Positions 1 through 8,510 of a stretch of 21,459 nucleotides of DNA are shown piece by piece. Numbering within the stretch: the first letter of the stretch is position 1; every line of letters begins with the position of its first letter. This DNA comes from Coleofasciculus chthonoplastes F2-STO-03. GTDB lineage: Bacteria; Cyanobacteriota; Cyanobacteriia; Cyanobacteriales; Coleofasciculaceae. The DNA lies in the NCBI GenBank assembly GCA_040222015.1, contig JAVJWO010000001.1:1-21459 (forward strand), given 5' to 3'. The notes beneath the pieces were generated by a model that did not search any database, was not told where the DNA came from, and saw only the letters and a program-made list of their open reading frames with translations. Made by a program: the position numbers and the translations under genes.

Positions 1-250
1 CCTTCGTAAAGTAATGTTAGCTTCGACAATGCTTCTCAGGCTTGTTATGGAGTATCAGAGGGCTTCTCTTCGATGTCTCGCCTTTCGTTGATAGTTCCGA
101 CAGTGCCAAAAACTAGCGTTCATTCTTGGGTGTCATGACCAAACAAGCGTAGCCAACCTTGCCAGATGGTAGGTTACTCTTTTTTACGGCTGAGTCTGCA
201 CGCTCACCCCGCCTCTCCACAATGTTTAGTTTTGGGTAGGTATGGGTAGA
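1..250 (-). ncRNA. HEARO / omegaRNA scaffold of an IscB(IsrB)-type IS200/IS605 element (5' boundary approximate; associated ORF expected beyond the left window edge)
   Basis: Minus strand shows HEARO-like blocks in the expected order: CAGACTCAGCC (198-188), GGCTACG (154-148), GTCATGACACC (139-129), stem CCAAGAA/TTTTTGG around GCTAG, CTGTCG, then AAGCCTGAGAAGCATTGTCGAAGCTAACATTAC (43-11) and GAAGG at the edge. Complementary pairs are present (AGCC/GGCT, GACA/TGTC, GCTTGTTTGG/CCTGAGAAGC, GAC/GTC). No ORF in the track covers it. Confidence 0.82.
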
Positions 251-253
251 CAT

Positions 254-2209
254 TTACGAGCGGTTGGTTAGACTGACACCCAATGTAAAAGTGGTTGGTC
301 TTTGGGCAATTACATCAATGATATAGTTGCCCCCTTGAGGCAATTGTGCCTGCCAAAAGCTGATGTTTGAGGCATCTTCGATTAACTGACCATTGGGATT
401 GCGGATATTTAACGTGACATCACCTTGAATAACTTCTACCGCTAGTTGCTGATTGGATTCCACATTGACACGATACCGTTTTACCCGTTGCGGTGCGGTT
501 TGACCTTGAAACTGAATTGCCTGTTCTCCTTCAGGAATTATCAGCTGTTCGGTTTCGTAAGTGGGAGAAGGAGAGGGGGATGGCGATGGGGATGGTGATG
601 GGGATGGCGATGGTGATGGCGATGGCGATGGCGATGGCGATGGTGTGGGTTCAGGGGCTTCCGTTAAGTCTAGATTGAGTTGGTATTCAGTTTCTGGAAG
701 TTCCGGAATTAAACTTAATTGAATTGTGTATTCTCCCGTGTAGGGAAGTTCACCGCGCCATTGCTGCACCCGTGTCGCGCGATCGCCTAGGGGTTGCTCA
801 TCGGGTCCGAGGACGGTCATGTAAACCCCTTGCGTGGGAATAAACGCCTCCAACGTCTGACCTTCTTCTGCCTGAATCTGGTAGTTAACAATAGCATTGG
901 GCTGTAATCTTCGTTCAATAGACAGTTCTCTACCAGGAGACAAATCCAGAGTTTGACTATATTCGCGGGGACTAGGACTAGGTGAAGGTGAGGGAGATTC
1001 AGTTTCCGTGGGTAAAGGAGACGGAGACTCCACAATTGTTTCTGGGGGAGTCGGTTCCTGTCTTAATCGATTCGCAATTGCCCAAGAAACCAACCCTACA
1101 ATCACGGCAAGTACTGCACCAATTGCCACAACCACCCCAGGCTTTTCCCAAATCGAGTCGTTACTAGGTTCAGGAATCACAGGTTCAGATTGGGCGGATG
1201 GTCTTGCGGGTGGTGTTTGCGGTTCCGGACGGCGTCCTACGGCTACGGTTGCCATCCCAGAGGCGTTAGTATTTGATTCTGGTGCGGCGGCGGCTGGCGG
1301 AGAGGGAGATTCCAAGGCTTGAAGTACATCTGTTGCCGAGGGATAGCGATCGCCCGGTCTGTAACTGAGCATCCGGTTCAGAATCCGGGTAAGGTCGTCA
1401 CTTACACTCACCCATCGTTGCCAGTTCCAGGTTAACTGGGTATTATCCAATAATTCCCTGGGTTCTTTGCCTGTCAGGAGTACCACAGCAGTAACCGCGA
1501 GGGAGAAAAGGTCACTACTGCAATAGGATTTTCCAGTTTGAATTTGTTCGCTGGGAGCATACCCCAGTTTGCCAACTGTTGTGGCTGGGGTTGCCATATC
1601 CGGCGACTGCAAACGGGTAGCGAGTTCTTTGACCACACCAAAATCAATTAATACCGGGAGTTGGTCGCCCTGGCGCAGAATAATATTATCGGGAGTAATA
1701 TCGCGGTGGATGATTCCCTTAGTGTGAATATGTTCTAATACGGGCAATAATTGCTGGAGTAGCTGTTTAACTTCTTCTTCGGAGAAGACGGGATTCCCCA
1801 GGGGTGTATTTTGAGGCGGTGTGGGAATCCCTACGGCTTCCGTTCCGGGTGTGGGATTGCCAGCTAGCTGTTCTAGGCGCTCATTGAGTAACTCGCGATA
1901 GGTTTTCCCCTCAACGTAGTCTTGTGCCAAGAACAACCGCCCATCCTGCTCAAAGGTGGCTCGAAATTCCGGGACTTGAGGGTGTTTGATTTGATAGAGG
2001 GTGGTTGCCTCCCGTTGGAACAGTTCTTTGGACTTCTCCAACGTATAGGCTTCAGTCTGAGGCGGAATCAATTCTTTGAGCACACAAAGTTCTTTAAACC
2101 GATTTAGGTCTTCCGCCAGGTAAGTTCGACCGAATCCCCCTTGACCCAGAACTCGGATCAAGTGGTAACGGGCTTGCAGAATAGTTCCAGAGGCGATCGG
2201 TTGTTCCAT
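254..2209 (-). CDS. Membrane-anchored Hanks-type Ser/Thr protein kinase with Pro/Ser-rich linkers and two C-terminal PPC-like beta-sandwich domains
   Basis: GQGGFGRTY, VLKE, HRDITPDNII, DFG, GYAPSEQ and DLFSL kinase motifs; TM helix VVVAIGAVLAVIVGLVSWAIA; two similar C-terminal domains ending W.G.LP.TGEY.I and W.A.LP.GGNY.I. Confidence 0.95.
   Translation of the reverse strand: MEQPIASGTILQARYHLIRVLGQGGFGRTYLAEDLNRFKELCVLKELIPPQTEAYTLEKSKELFQREATTLYQIKHPQVPEFRATFEQDGRLFLAQDYVEGKTYRELLNERLEQLAGNPTPGTEAVGIPTPPQNTPLGNPVFSEEEVKQLLQQLLPVLEHIHTKGIIHRDITPDNIILRQGDQLPVLIDFGVVKELATRLQSPDMATPATTVGKLGYAPSEQIQTGKSYCSSDLFSLAVTAVVLLTGKEPRELLDNTQLTWNWQRWVSVSDDLTRILNRMLSYRPGDRYPSATDVLQALESPSPPAAAAPESNTNASGMATVAVGRRPEPQTPPARPSAQSEPVIPEPSNDSIWEKPGVVVAIGAVLAVIVGLVSWAIANRLRQEPTPPETIVESPSPLPTETESPSPSPSPSPREYSQTLDLSPGRELSIERRLQPNAIVNYQIQAEEGQTLEAFIPTQGVYMTVLGPDEQPLGDRATRVQQWRGELPYTGEYTIQLSLIPELPETEYQLNLDLTEAPEPTPSPSPSPSPSPSPSPSPSPSPSPSPSPTYETEQLIIPEGEQAIQFQGQTAPQRVKRYRVNVESNQQLAVEVIQGDVTLNIRNPNGQLIEDASNISFWQAQLPQGGNYIIDVIAQRPTTFTLGVSLTNRS
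578..643 (-). repeat. Coding hexamer tandem repeat (CCATCN)x11 within a (Pro-Ser)13 linker of the kinase
   Basis: GATGG recurs with period 6 from 579 to 643 on the + strand. Confidence 0.95.
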
Positions 2210-2473
2210 GAGCTTGTGAATTGGAGTTTAGGGGAAAACAGGCAGGAAGGATAGTGAGTTCCTAGTCTACAAGTCTAAATTTTATGAGAAGATGGTCACA
2301 TCCTGGCATTTATTACATTTATTTTATCTGTGGCTCCTGAAATGTTAATTATTTGTTCTGTTTGTATGAGTTTGATTAACAATTGGATATTTTAGTCATT
2401 TTATGAGAAATACTAGAACCATAGACAACAGCAAATGTTAAGATTGCCTTGAAATGAGCTTCGAGGGTCTGCT

Positions 2474-3466
2474 GTGAGCCGTTCTGCAACGTTAACGCTT
2501 CAGCCTACGCTGCCGCTAATCGCGGATAATAATCGTCTCCGACTGTTTTCTGGGTCTGCTAATGTTCCACTAGCACAAGAAGTTGCTCGCTATTTGGGCA
2601 TGGACATTGGACCAATGGTTCGCAAACGATTTGCCGATGGCGAGTTATACATCCAAATTCAAGAATCCATTCGTGGGTGCGACGTTTACTTAATTCAGCC
2701 GAGTTGCCATCCGGTAAACGATAACCTGATGGAATTGCTGATTATGATCGACGCCTGTCGGCGAGCATCCGCACGGCAGATTACTGCTGTTATTCCATAC
2801 TACGGTTATGCCAGAGCCGATCGCAAAACCGCCGGACGTGAATCAATTACCGCTAAGTTAGTGGCGAATTTGATTACTGAGGCGGGCGCGAATCGGGTAT
2901 TAGCGATGGATTTACACTCTGCCCAAATTCAAGGGTATTTCGATATACCTTTCGATCATGTCTACGGTTCTCCAGTAACCTTGGACTATCTGGCGAGCAA
3001 GCAATTACCTGATCTGGTGGTTGTTTCCCCCGACGTGGGTGGCGTAGCTAGAGCCAGGGCTTTTGCCAAAAAGCTGAATGATGCGCCCTTAGCCATTATT
3101 GACAAGCGACGGCAAGCGCATAATGTGGCAGAAGTGATGAATGTGATTGGAGATGTCAACGGAAAAACGGCTGTTTTGGTAGACGACATGATTGACACAG
3201 CGGGCACGATTGCTGCGGGTGCCAAAATTCTGCGTCAAGAGGGAGCTAGACAAGTGTATGCTTGTGCGACTCATGCCGTCTTTTCACCACCTGCGATTGA
3301 ACGCCTCTCCGGTGGGCTCTTTGAAGAAGTGATTGTCACCAATACAATTCCAGTTGCTCAAGACAATTACTTTGAGCAGCTTACGGTGCTTTCAGTCGCT
3401 AACTTGTTGGGAGAAACCATTTGGCGCATTCATGAAGACAGTTCGGTAAGCAGTATGTTTCGGTGA
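2474..3466 (+). CDS. prs: Ribose-phosphate pyrophosphokinase
   Basis: FADGELYIQIQESIRGCDVY, PYYGYARADRK, MDLHSAQIQGYFDIP, VVSPDVGG and LVDDMIDTAGT motifs; GTG start. Confidence 0.98.
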   Translation: MSRSATLTLQPTLPLIADNNRLRLFSGSANVPLAQEVARYLGMDIGPMVRKRFADGELYIQIQESIRGCDVYLIQPSCHPVNDNLMELLIMIDACRRASARQITAVIPYYGYARADRKTAGRESITAKLVANLITEAGANRVLAMDLHSAQIQGYFDIPFDHVYGSPVTLDYLASKQLPDLVVVSPDVGGVARARAFAKKLNDAPLAIIDKRRQAHNVAEVMNVIGDVNGKTAVLVDDMIDTAGTIAAGAKILRQEGARQVYACATHAVFSPPAIERLSGGLFEEVIVTNTIPVAQDNYFEQLTVLSVANLLGETIWRIHEDSSVSSMFR

Positions 3467-3522
3467 TACAAGTCGGGGTGCAGCGAAACAAAGATGTGTT
3501 GATGTTTAACGTTTGAATAAGA

Positions 3523-3582
3523 GGGCGGGTTTAGTCAAGTTATCAGTTGTTGCTAAACGTTAGCGGTGAAACCCGCCCCTAC
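3523..3582. repeat. REP-like inverted repeat GGGCGGGTTT-N36-AAACCCGCCC(CTAC) between convergent prs and DUF3531; possible bidirectional terminator
   Basis: Perfect 10-bp arms at 3523-3532 and 3569-3578 followed by CTAC (GTAG on the - strand); related copy at 11630-11685. Confidence 0.8.
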
Positions 3583-3589
3583 CCAATAT

Positions 3590-4060
3590 TTAACCCACTC
3601 GTCCATTATTATCCTGAGACTCGTAAAACAGAGATTCTTGACGGCTTTTTATGGGCCAATCTTCATTCTCACCGCCGATGATGACTCGTTCGATGTGAAC
3701 ATATTCTTTAGACAGTTGCTTCAGGGCATTGATTAGAACATCGAGTGCGATCGCATCCGATGTGCCTAAGTCAAACCAGCATCGTCCCCAGGTTCCCTGA
3801 TAATCAAAGTCTCCTTGATTATGCATCAGCGCCATGAGGGTGCTGTCTGTCTCTCGGTCATCATAGTCCATATAGCTAATATCCACACCCGTCTCCTGCA
3901 CTTGCAGGTTCTCCGCATCAAATCCACCCAATTTCCCCAGGTAAAACCAGGAATTGAATAACTCTTCAATATAATCTTTTTCCATGGGGGAAGGAACAGT
4001 GGCAAACTCTAGCCATATCCACACATCGAATGGGTTATACTCGCGAAACTCTACCTGCAT
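3590..4060 (-). CDS. DUF3531 family conserved cyanobacterial protein
   Basis: MQVEFREYNPFDVWIWLEF, SWFYLGKLGGF and WGRCWFDLGTSDAIALDVLINAL match this family as I recall it. Confidence 0.85.
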   Translation of the reverse strand: MQVEFREYNPFDVWIWLEFATVPSPMEKDYIEELFNSWFYLGKLGGFDAENLQVQETGVDISYMDYDDRETDSTLMALMHNQGDFDYQGTWGRCWFDLGTSDAIALDVLINALKQLSKEYVHIERVIIGGENEDWPIKSRQESLFYESQDNNGRVG

Positions 4061-4100
4061 AGGTTATAAGTCATCAGTATCAGGGTTATCGGTCTAAAGC

Positions 4101-4151
4101 GGGACATTTTGGTTAGGAAAGGGAACAGGGAACAGGGAACAAATTTGTCCC
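4101..4151. repeat. (AGGGAAC)x3 heptamer STRR nested in a short GGGACA...TGTCCC inverted repeat
   Basis: AGGGAAC x3 at 4120-4140; GGGACA at 4101-4106 and TGTCCC at 4146-4151. Confidence 0.7.
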
Positions 4152-4270
4152 AGCTTGGGTTGGTAGCCGTATCAGTTATGTAGGAATTTTAGGAATTTGA
4201 CGTGGTTAAGGTGAGACAGGAGATAGGAATCAAGACGAATCGCCGAGAATTCTAATTTAATTTCGGCTCT

Positions 4271-4370
4271 CCCAGCTTCCCCAGCTTCCCCAGCTTCCCC
4301 AGCTTCCCCAGCTTCCCCAGTTCCCCCAGCTTCCCCATCTCCCCCATCTCCCCCATCTTATCTTCCCCAG
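4271..4370. repeat. 9-mer tandem repeat tract (CCCCAGCTT)n grading into (CCCCATCTC)n, directly 3' of the tRNA
   Basis: Period-9 repetition directly visible, about 11 units. Confidence 0.92.
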
Positions 4371-4376
4371 AACTAA

Positions 4377-4461
4377 CGGAGAGGGTGGGATTCGAACCCA
4401 CGGACTCTTTCGAGTCACTCGATTTCAAGTCGAGCGCATTCGACCACTCTGCCACCTCTCC
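4377..4461 (-). tRNA. trnS: tRNA-Ser (anticodon UGA), CCA not encoded
   Basis: Minus strand GGAGAGGTGGCAGAGTGGTCGAATGCGCTCGACTTGAAATCGAGTGACTCGAAAGAGTCCGTGGGTTCGAATCCCACCCTCTCCG: acceptor GGAGAGG/CCTCTCC, anticodon arm CTCGA-CTTGAAA-TCGAG, long variable arm GACTC-GAAA-GAGTC, T loop TTCGAAT, discriminator G. Confidence 0.98.
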
Positions 4462-4471
4462 AGGCTTATCT

Positions 4472-4480
4472 ATCATACCA
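4472..4480 (-). promoter_or_regulatory. Extended -10 promoter element (TGGTATGAT) for the tRNA
   Basis: TG-N-TATGAT ends 10 nt upstream of the mature tRNA 5' end. Confidence 0.55.
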
Positions 4481-4491
4481 AGCCTAAGCGT

Positions 4492-5439
4492 TCATGGCGA
4501 CTGTCTGGAAACAAATTGTCCGCCAACCGGTTGAGGATGCCGATAGAGAAACTCTTCTAGTACAACAGAATGGTCATTTCCCACCCAAACGAGAGAAATT
4601 GAAGCCACCCCACCCGCTTCCAGAGACACCAGCGAAAAATTCCGCAGTCGGTCTGTTTCCGTTTGCACAATTCGGGGTACACTGGCTGAATTCAGATATA
4701 CGGTTCCCTCTGAACTGGTTGTTACAATCGTTCGCAATCCCTTGGTTGTGTGGCGTAATCGGTGATGCATGTGACCGAAGGTGACCAAGGGAATCTGTTT
4801 TCCCAGTGCCTGAACTTGCGCGATCGCGGCTTCAAAATCGGGGTCTCCATGATCGCCGCCCAAGGGATGCCAGTCCCTGCCACAAGGCGATTCGGCTTCC
4901 TCGCCTAACCCCGTTGGTCCATTGTGACCTAAAAACAGAATTCTGTTGTAGTCTGTGGCTTGGGCGGCGGCGACAATTCGTTCAACGGATTCCTCAAAAC
5001 TGTTGACCCCATACCAATCCCGATAGAAGTCTTGATTTTTCCAAGCTGATCCGCCCCAACTAAACGGACGCCCGCCGACTACCGAAAGTTGAAGTTCGGG
5101 AAAGTCCAGATATCCGTAACCCACATGGGCATCTCCGAGCGCCTCTAACTGATCCTGTAACCAATTTTGCTGTTGACGGTTGTATGGACATTTTTTCCGT
5201 CCCCAAGCCGATGCGCTATACCAAGCGTCATGATTTCCCAGAATTACCGCTTTCGGCAGATCAACCGCAGCCACTTGCTCCACAACCCCCACTGACTCGT
5301 TGCCAAAATCCCCGACAAACAGCACCAAGTCAACCCCCAAGCTTTGGAGTGCGATCGCGTCTTCTGCTTCCCACTGATCGTGAACATCACCAACGACGGC
5401 AATTTTAAGAGATGGCTGATTATGACTGGTCATATTCAT
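4492..5439 (-). CDS. Calcineurin-like metallophosphoesterase, TIGR04168-type
   Basis: GDVH, GDFG, GNHD, GHNG and GHMH metal-binding motifs; CGRDW...GGDHGDPD block typical of this cyanobacterial family. Confidence 0.88.
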   Translation of the reverse strand: MNMTSHNQPSLKIAVVGDVHDQWEAEDAIALQSLGVDLVLFVGDFGNESVGVVEQVAAVDLPKAVILGNHDAWYSASAWGRKKCPYNRQQQNWLQDQLEALGDAHVGYGYLDFPELQLSVVGGRPFSWGGSAWKNQDFYRDWYGVNSFEESVERIVAAAQATDYNRILFLGHNGPTGLGEEAESPCGRDWHPLGGDHGDPDFEAAIAQVQALGKQIPLVTFGHMHHRLRHTTKGLRTIVTTSSEGTVYLNSASVPRIVQTETDRLRNFSLVSLEAGGVASISLVWVGNDHSVVLEEFLYRHPQPVGGQFVSRQSP

Positions 5440-5468
5440 AGTTTTTTAATTATTCCTGTTTCCAGCAT

Positions 5469-5492
5469 AAAAAAAGCCACACTCGTTGGCTT
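5469..5492 (-). terminator. Possible intrinsic terminator downstream of the PEP-CTERM gene
   Basis: Minus strand AAGCCA-ACGAGTG-TGGCTT followed by a T run; the stem is short. Confidence 0.4.
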
Positions 5493-5521
5493 AAGTCCAA
5501 AACATATTTAGGGGCTTTTCG

Positions 5522-5573
5522 GGGCAACCCGATGGCGAAATGAACCATTCCAGTCCACTCAATTGGGTCGCCC
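5522..5573 (-). repeat. REP-like hairpin GGGCGACCCAAT...ATCGGGTTGCCC just after the PEP-CTERM stop codon
   Basis: Imperfect 12-bp arms at 5522-5533 and 5562-5573. Confidence 0.55.
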
Positions 5574-5583
5574 AATTTCTACT

Positions 5584-6342
5584 CTAAGCTTTTTTACGCC
5601 GTAGTACCGAACTGACACCGAACATGCCAATGGCGACTAGTCCTGCAACTGTACCGGGTTCCGGTATCGAAGCATAAGAAAATCCTTCAATTTTCAAGCC
5701 AACTCGCGAACGAGCATTCTCTAGGTTAGGATTCGGAGAACCCTCTAGCCAATTCATATTGGCAATACCCGAAAGCGATGTAATGGAGGTATCACTGGCA
5801 AAATAGTTCTTCGTGATATTGGTGTTCCCCTCACCTAGGGGCGCAGTAGCAGAACTGGATACTGGCTCGACGGCGATTCCGTTAACAGCATTGACGCTCA
5901 GCAAAATTTCCGTACCGGGATCAACTTTCCCTGAAGTCGTTGTCGCTCGTGTCCAGAGGTAAAACCCATCCAAAGACTTCGCGGGTGGACTTTCTTGGTA
6001 GAAGGCAATGGTTTGCCCACCCAGGGTAAAGGATACGGTATTCCCATCCCAATTTAAAAGCCATGGCACCTCTTGATCATTCTGCCAATTCCAGTTTAAT
6101 TGCTCAACAGTTGTATGGATATCATCTTCTTTGGTAGAAAACTCCCAGTCAGCATTGCCTTTGGCTCCTGCTCTCCCTTCCACCGTCCAGTTCAAGTTAG
6201 TCCAGCCTTCGGGGACAGCATCACCCTCATGTACGAAGGTTAAATCAATCGCCGCAGCAGGTTGAGATAACATGCCCAAACTTAGGACAGAGGCTCCAGC
6301 CGCTAACGTTGTGGCGACTAGCTTGTTGTGTATCATGTTCAT
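5584..6342 (-). CDS. Secreted PEP-CTERM sorting-domain protein (possibly choice-of-anchor W-like)
   Basis: Signal peptide ending PAAA; C-terminal IPEPGT, hydrophobic helix and RRKKA. Start moved from 6438 to ATG 6342, which has GGAGA 5 nt upstream. Confidence 0.9.
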   Translation of the reverse strand: MNMIHNKLVATTLAAGASVLSLGMLSQPAAAIDLTFVHEGDAVPEGWTNLNWTVEGRAGAKGNADWEFSTKEDDIHTTVEQLNWNWQNDQEVPWLLNWDGNTVSFTLGGQTIAFYQESPPAKSLDGFYLWTRATTTSGKVDPGTEILLSVNAVNGIAVEPVSSSATAPLGEGNTNITKNYFASDTSITSLSGIANMNWLEGSPNPNLENARSRVGLKIEGFSYASIPEPGTVAGLVAIGMFGVSSVLRRKKA

Positions 6343-6577
6343 CACGATCTCCAAAATAAACGAGACAATATTTTTTGCTATACTAACCAGTTTAATTCTT
6401 TGAGCAGAAAAAAATATCAGGTATAGGCTGTTTCCCATGTAACTTGCCTAATTTGATGGCTGAATCCCTCGTCTGGAGGATAATTCCTGGGAAAATTTAG
6501 AGGGGGTGTGGTTGGGTTTGGGATTTAGTCGAAACTCCAGTACTCTATATAGGCGTTGAATCAGGAGTGTGTTACCC

Positions 6578-6841
6578 ATGGAATTGGTTAAAGTACAAAT
6601 GATGTTCGAGAACGCCCCGCGAACATCCCATAAGGACTATTCACCGGAGTTGGAAGACTTAAACGGGGAACGGGTGGAATTATCTCGTCTACCTTGCTGC
6701 GGCGAGTTGATTTCGTTTGCGGAAGGGATGCTACACGATGTCGGACCCTGCTTCACGGTGATTGAGGTTGTCCATTTCGCATCCCCAAAGGAAAATGGTT
6801 TGGTCGGTCAAATTATGCTCCGCAAGTGTTTTCCTCGCTAG
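6578..6841 (+). CDS. Small hypothetical protein (87 aa from ATG 6578; alternative GTG start 6569)
   Basis: Non-overlapping intergenic ORF with AGGAG at 6563-6567; no recognised domain. Confidence 0.55.
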   Translation: MELVKVQMMFENAPRTSHKDYSPELEDLNGERVELSRLPCCGELISFAEGMLHDVGPCFTVIEVVHFASPKENGLVGQIMLRKCFPR

Positions 6842-6935
6842 AGGGTCCTTTGGTCAGATCCCCACATTAGGATAGATGATAATTCTCAATATCGGACGAT
6901 AATCTCAAAACGCAAACCTTTGACTGTGAAGCATT

Positions 6936-8510
6936 ATGCAATTTGTGTCCGATCCTCCGATTGCCGAGAAAATCCAGCAGATGAAGCAACGAGTTCGCTG
7001 GCAAGATCCATTGTTCCTTGAACGGGATATTGATCAAACTCGGCTGGTATTAGACGATGACAGACCCGATCATCCAGAGTTTTCCTTTTTAGTCATCGGT
7101 GATACAGGCTTCGGGTCTCACAAACAACATGATCCACAATGCAAAATTGTGGAAATGATGCTCAATCACCGCGATGACTGCCGTTTTGTTTTGCATACCG
7201 GCGACGTGGTGTATCAGGTTGGTTCGAGTGAATATTATCCCAAAAACTTTATCAAACCGTACCGCGAGTTTCTCGTCGATGGCGACTCTCACCATAAAAT
7301 TTCTTATGACAAAATGGTGTTTAATCTTCCCTTCCTCACCATCCCTGGAAATCACGATTACTACGACTTACCCTTCATCTACGGTGTGATGGCACAGGTA
7401 ACTTGGCCCCTGCGCCACCTGTTGAAAACTAAACTCGATCTGAATGTCGGTTGGCACGGATCACATAAGGGTAAAGCTTACACCAAGGCATTCCTGGACT
7501 ATCTAAAGCCGTTGAAGTATTGGGGACAGTTGGAAAATCATTTAGACCACCACTATACGGCGAAAACAGATACAGGACGTTGCTTGCGCTACCAACCTGG
7601 AAAGTTTACCCGCTTACCGAACCGTTATTATACGTTCCGTAGTGGCGGAATTGACTTTTTTGCCCTTGATTCCAATACCTTTAATTCCCCCGCACCGATT
7701 CCAGATACGCGAGAAGGGGAAGCCTTTCGCCGCCTTTTAGAAAAGCGAGGGGATGAATTAGAAGCCGAAAAAATGCAACTTATAGAAGCCTCGGTTACCC
7801 TGGATGCGGATAACCCGGAAGAGGCGGAACAGCTTGATGATTTGAATGTGAAATTAGAGCAAATTGATGAAGTAAGCCTGGATATTAATAAACAATTGGC
7901 ATCGGATGAAGAAACCACGATTGATTTTGAACAATTGGACTGGCTGCGACAACGGCTAATCCAGTCTTGGCAGACTCAAGACGTAAGAGGACGGGTGATT
8001 TACCTGCATCATCCTCCTTATGTAACCGAAGCCACGAAATGGCAACAGGCACAAACATGGGCAGTTCGTCGCCGCCTGCGCCAAGTTTTGGATGCTGTGG
8101 CGACGGAGGTGGGTGATTTAGCCCAGGGGCGTCCTTTGGTGGATTTGGTATTAACGGGTCATGCCCATTGTTTAGAATATCTAGAAACGGTGGATACTGG
8201 ACATGCCGATTCCCATATTCCTTGGATTATCTGCGGTGGGAGTGGTCATAGTTTACGCCGTCAACGCAAAGAAGGGTCAGAGATTATGGAATCCGTTGGG
8301 TTTATTGACAATAATCCTTCCCGTATGGTGGCGCGATCGCACTTTTATGCAGGGCGTCATGGTCATGGTTCTAAAAAGCAGCGACTCTATTCATTTTTAC
8401 GAATTGATGTTCAGGAGGGGAATCCGCCGAAGTTCCGAGTTCAACCATTTATGGCTGAACGATGTCACCAAACGTGGAATAATTATTCTAAGGAAGCGTT
8501 TGTTATTTGA
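6936..8510 (+). CDS. Calcineurin-like (purple acid phosphatase-like) metallophosphoesterase with acidic coiled-coil insertion
   Basis: GDTG, TGDVVY, PGNHDY, HHPPY, GHAH and GGSG motifs; helical acidic insert at about aa 260-330. Confidence 0.9.
   Translation: MQFVSDPPIAEKIQQMKQRVRWQDPLFLERDIDQTRLVLDDDRPDHPEFSFLVIGDTGFGSHKQHDPQCKIVEMMLNHRDDCRFVLHTGDVVYQVGSSEYYPKNFIKPYREFLVDGDSHHKISYDKMVFNLPFLTIPGNHDYYDLPFIYGVMAQVTWPLRHLLKTKLDLNVGWHGSHKGKAYTKAFLDYLKPLKYWGQLENHLDHHYTAKTDTGRCLRYQPGKFTRLPNRYYTFRSGGIDFFALDSNTFNSPAPIPDTREGEAFRRLLEKRGDELEAEKMQLIEASVTLDADNPEEAEQLDDLNVKLEQIDEVSLDINKQLASDEETTIDFEQLDWLRQRLIQSWQTQDVRGRVIYLHHPPYVTEATKWQQAQTWAVRRRLRQVLDAVATEVGDLAQGRPLVDLVLTGHAHCLEYLETVDTGHADSHIPWIICGGSGHSLRRQRKEGSEIMESVGFIDNNPSRMVARSHFYAGRHGHGSKKQRLYSFLRIDVQEGNPPKFRVQPFMAERCHQTWNNYSKEAFVI

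Noticed and set aside
1..250. Group II intron fragment or riboswitch
   Set aside because: No GTGCG 5' end or domain V motif seen; the blocks fit HEARO/omegaRNA better.
493..678. 61-aa ORF with MAMAM repeat
   Set aside because: Antisense reading of the kinase (PS)n hexamer repeat.
4377..4461. tRNA as integration site of a genomic island
   Set aside because: No integrase and no duplicated tRNA 3' end found in the window; flanking genes are typical chromosomal genes.
4252..4476. 74-aa ORF with GKL/GEM repeats
   Set aside because: It is a translation of tRNA-Ser plus the 9-mer repeat tract, not a protein.
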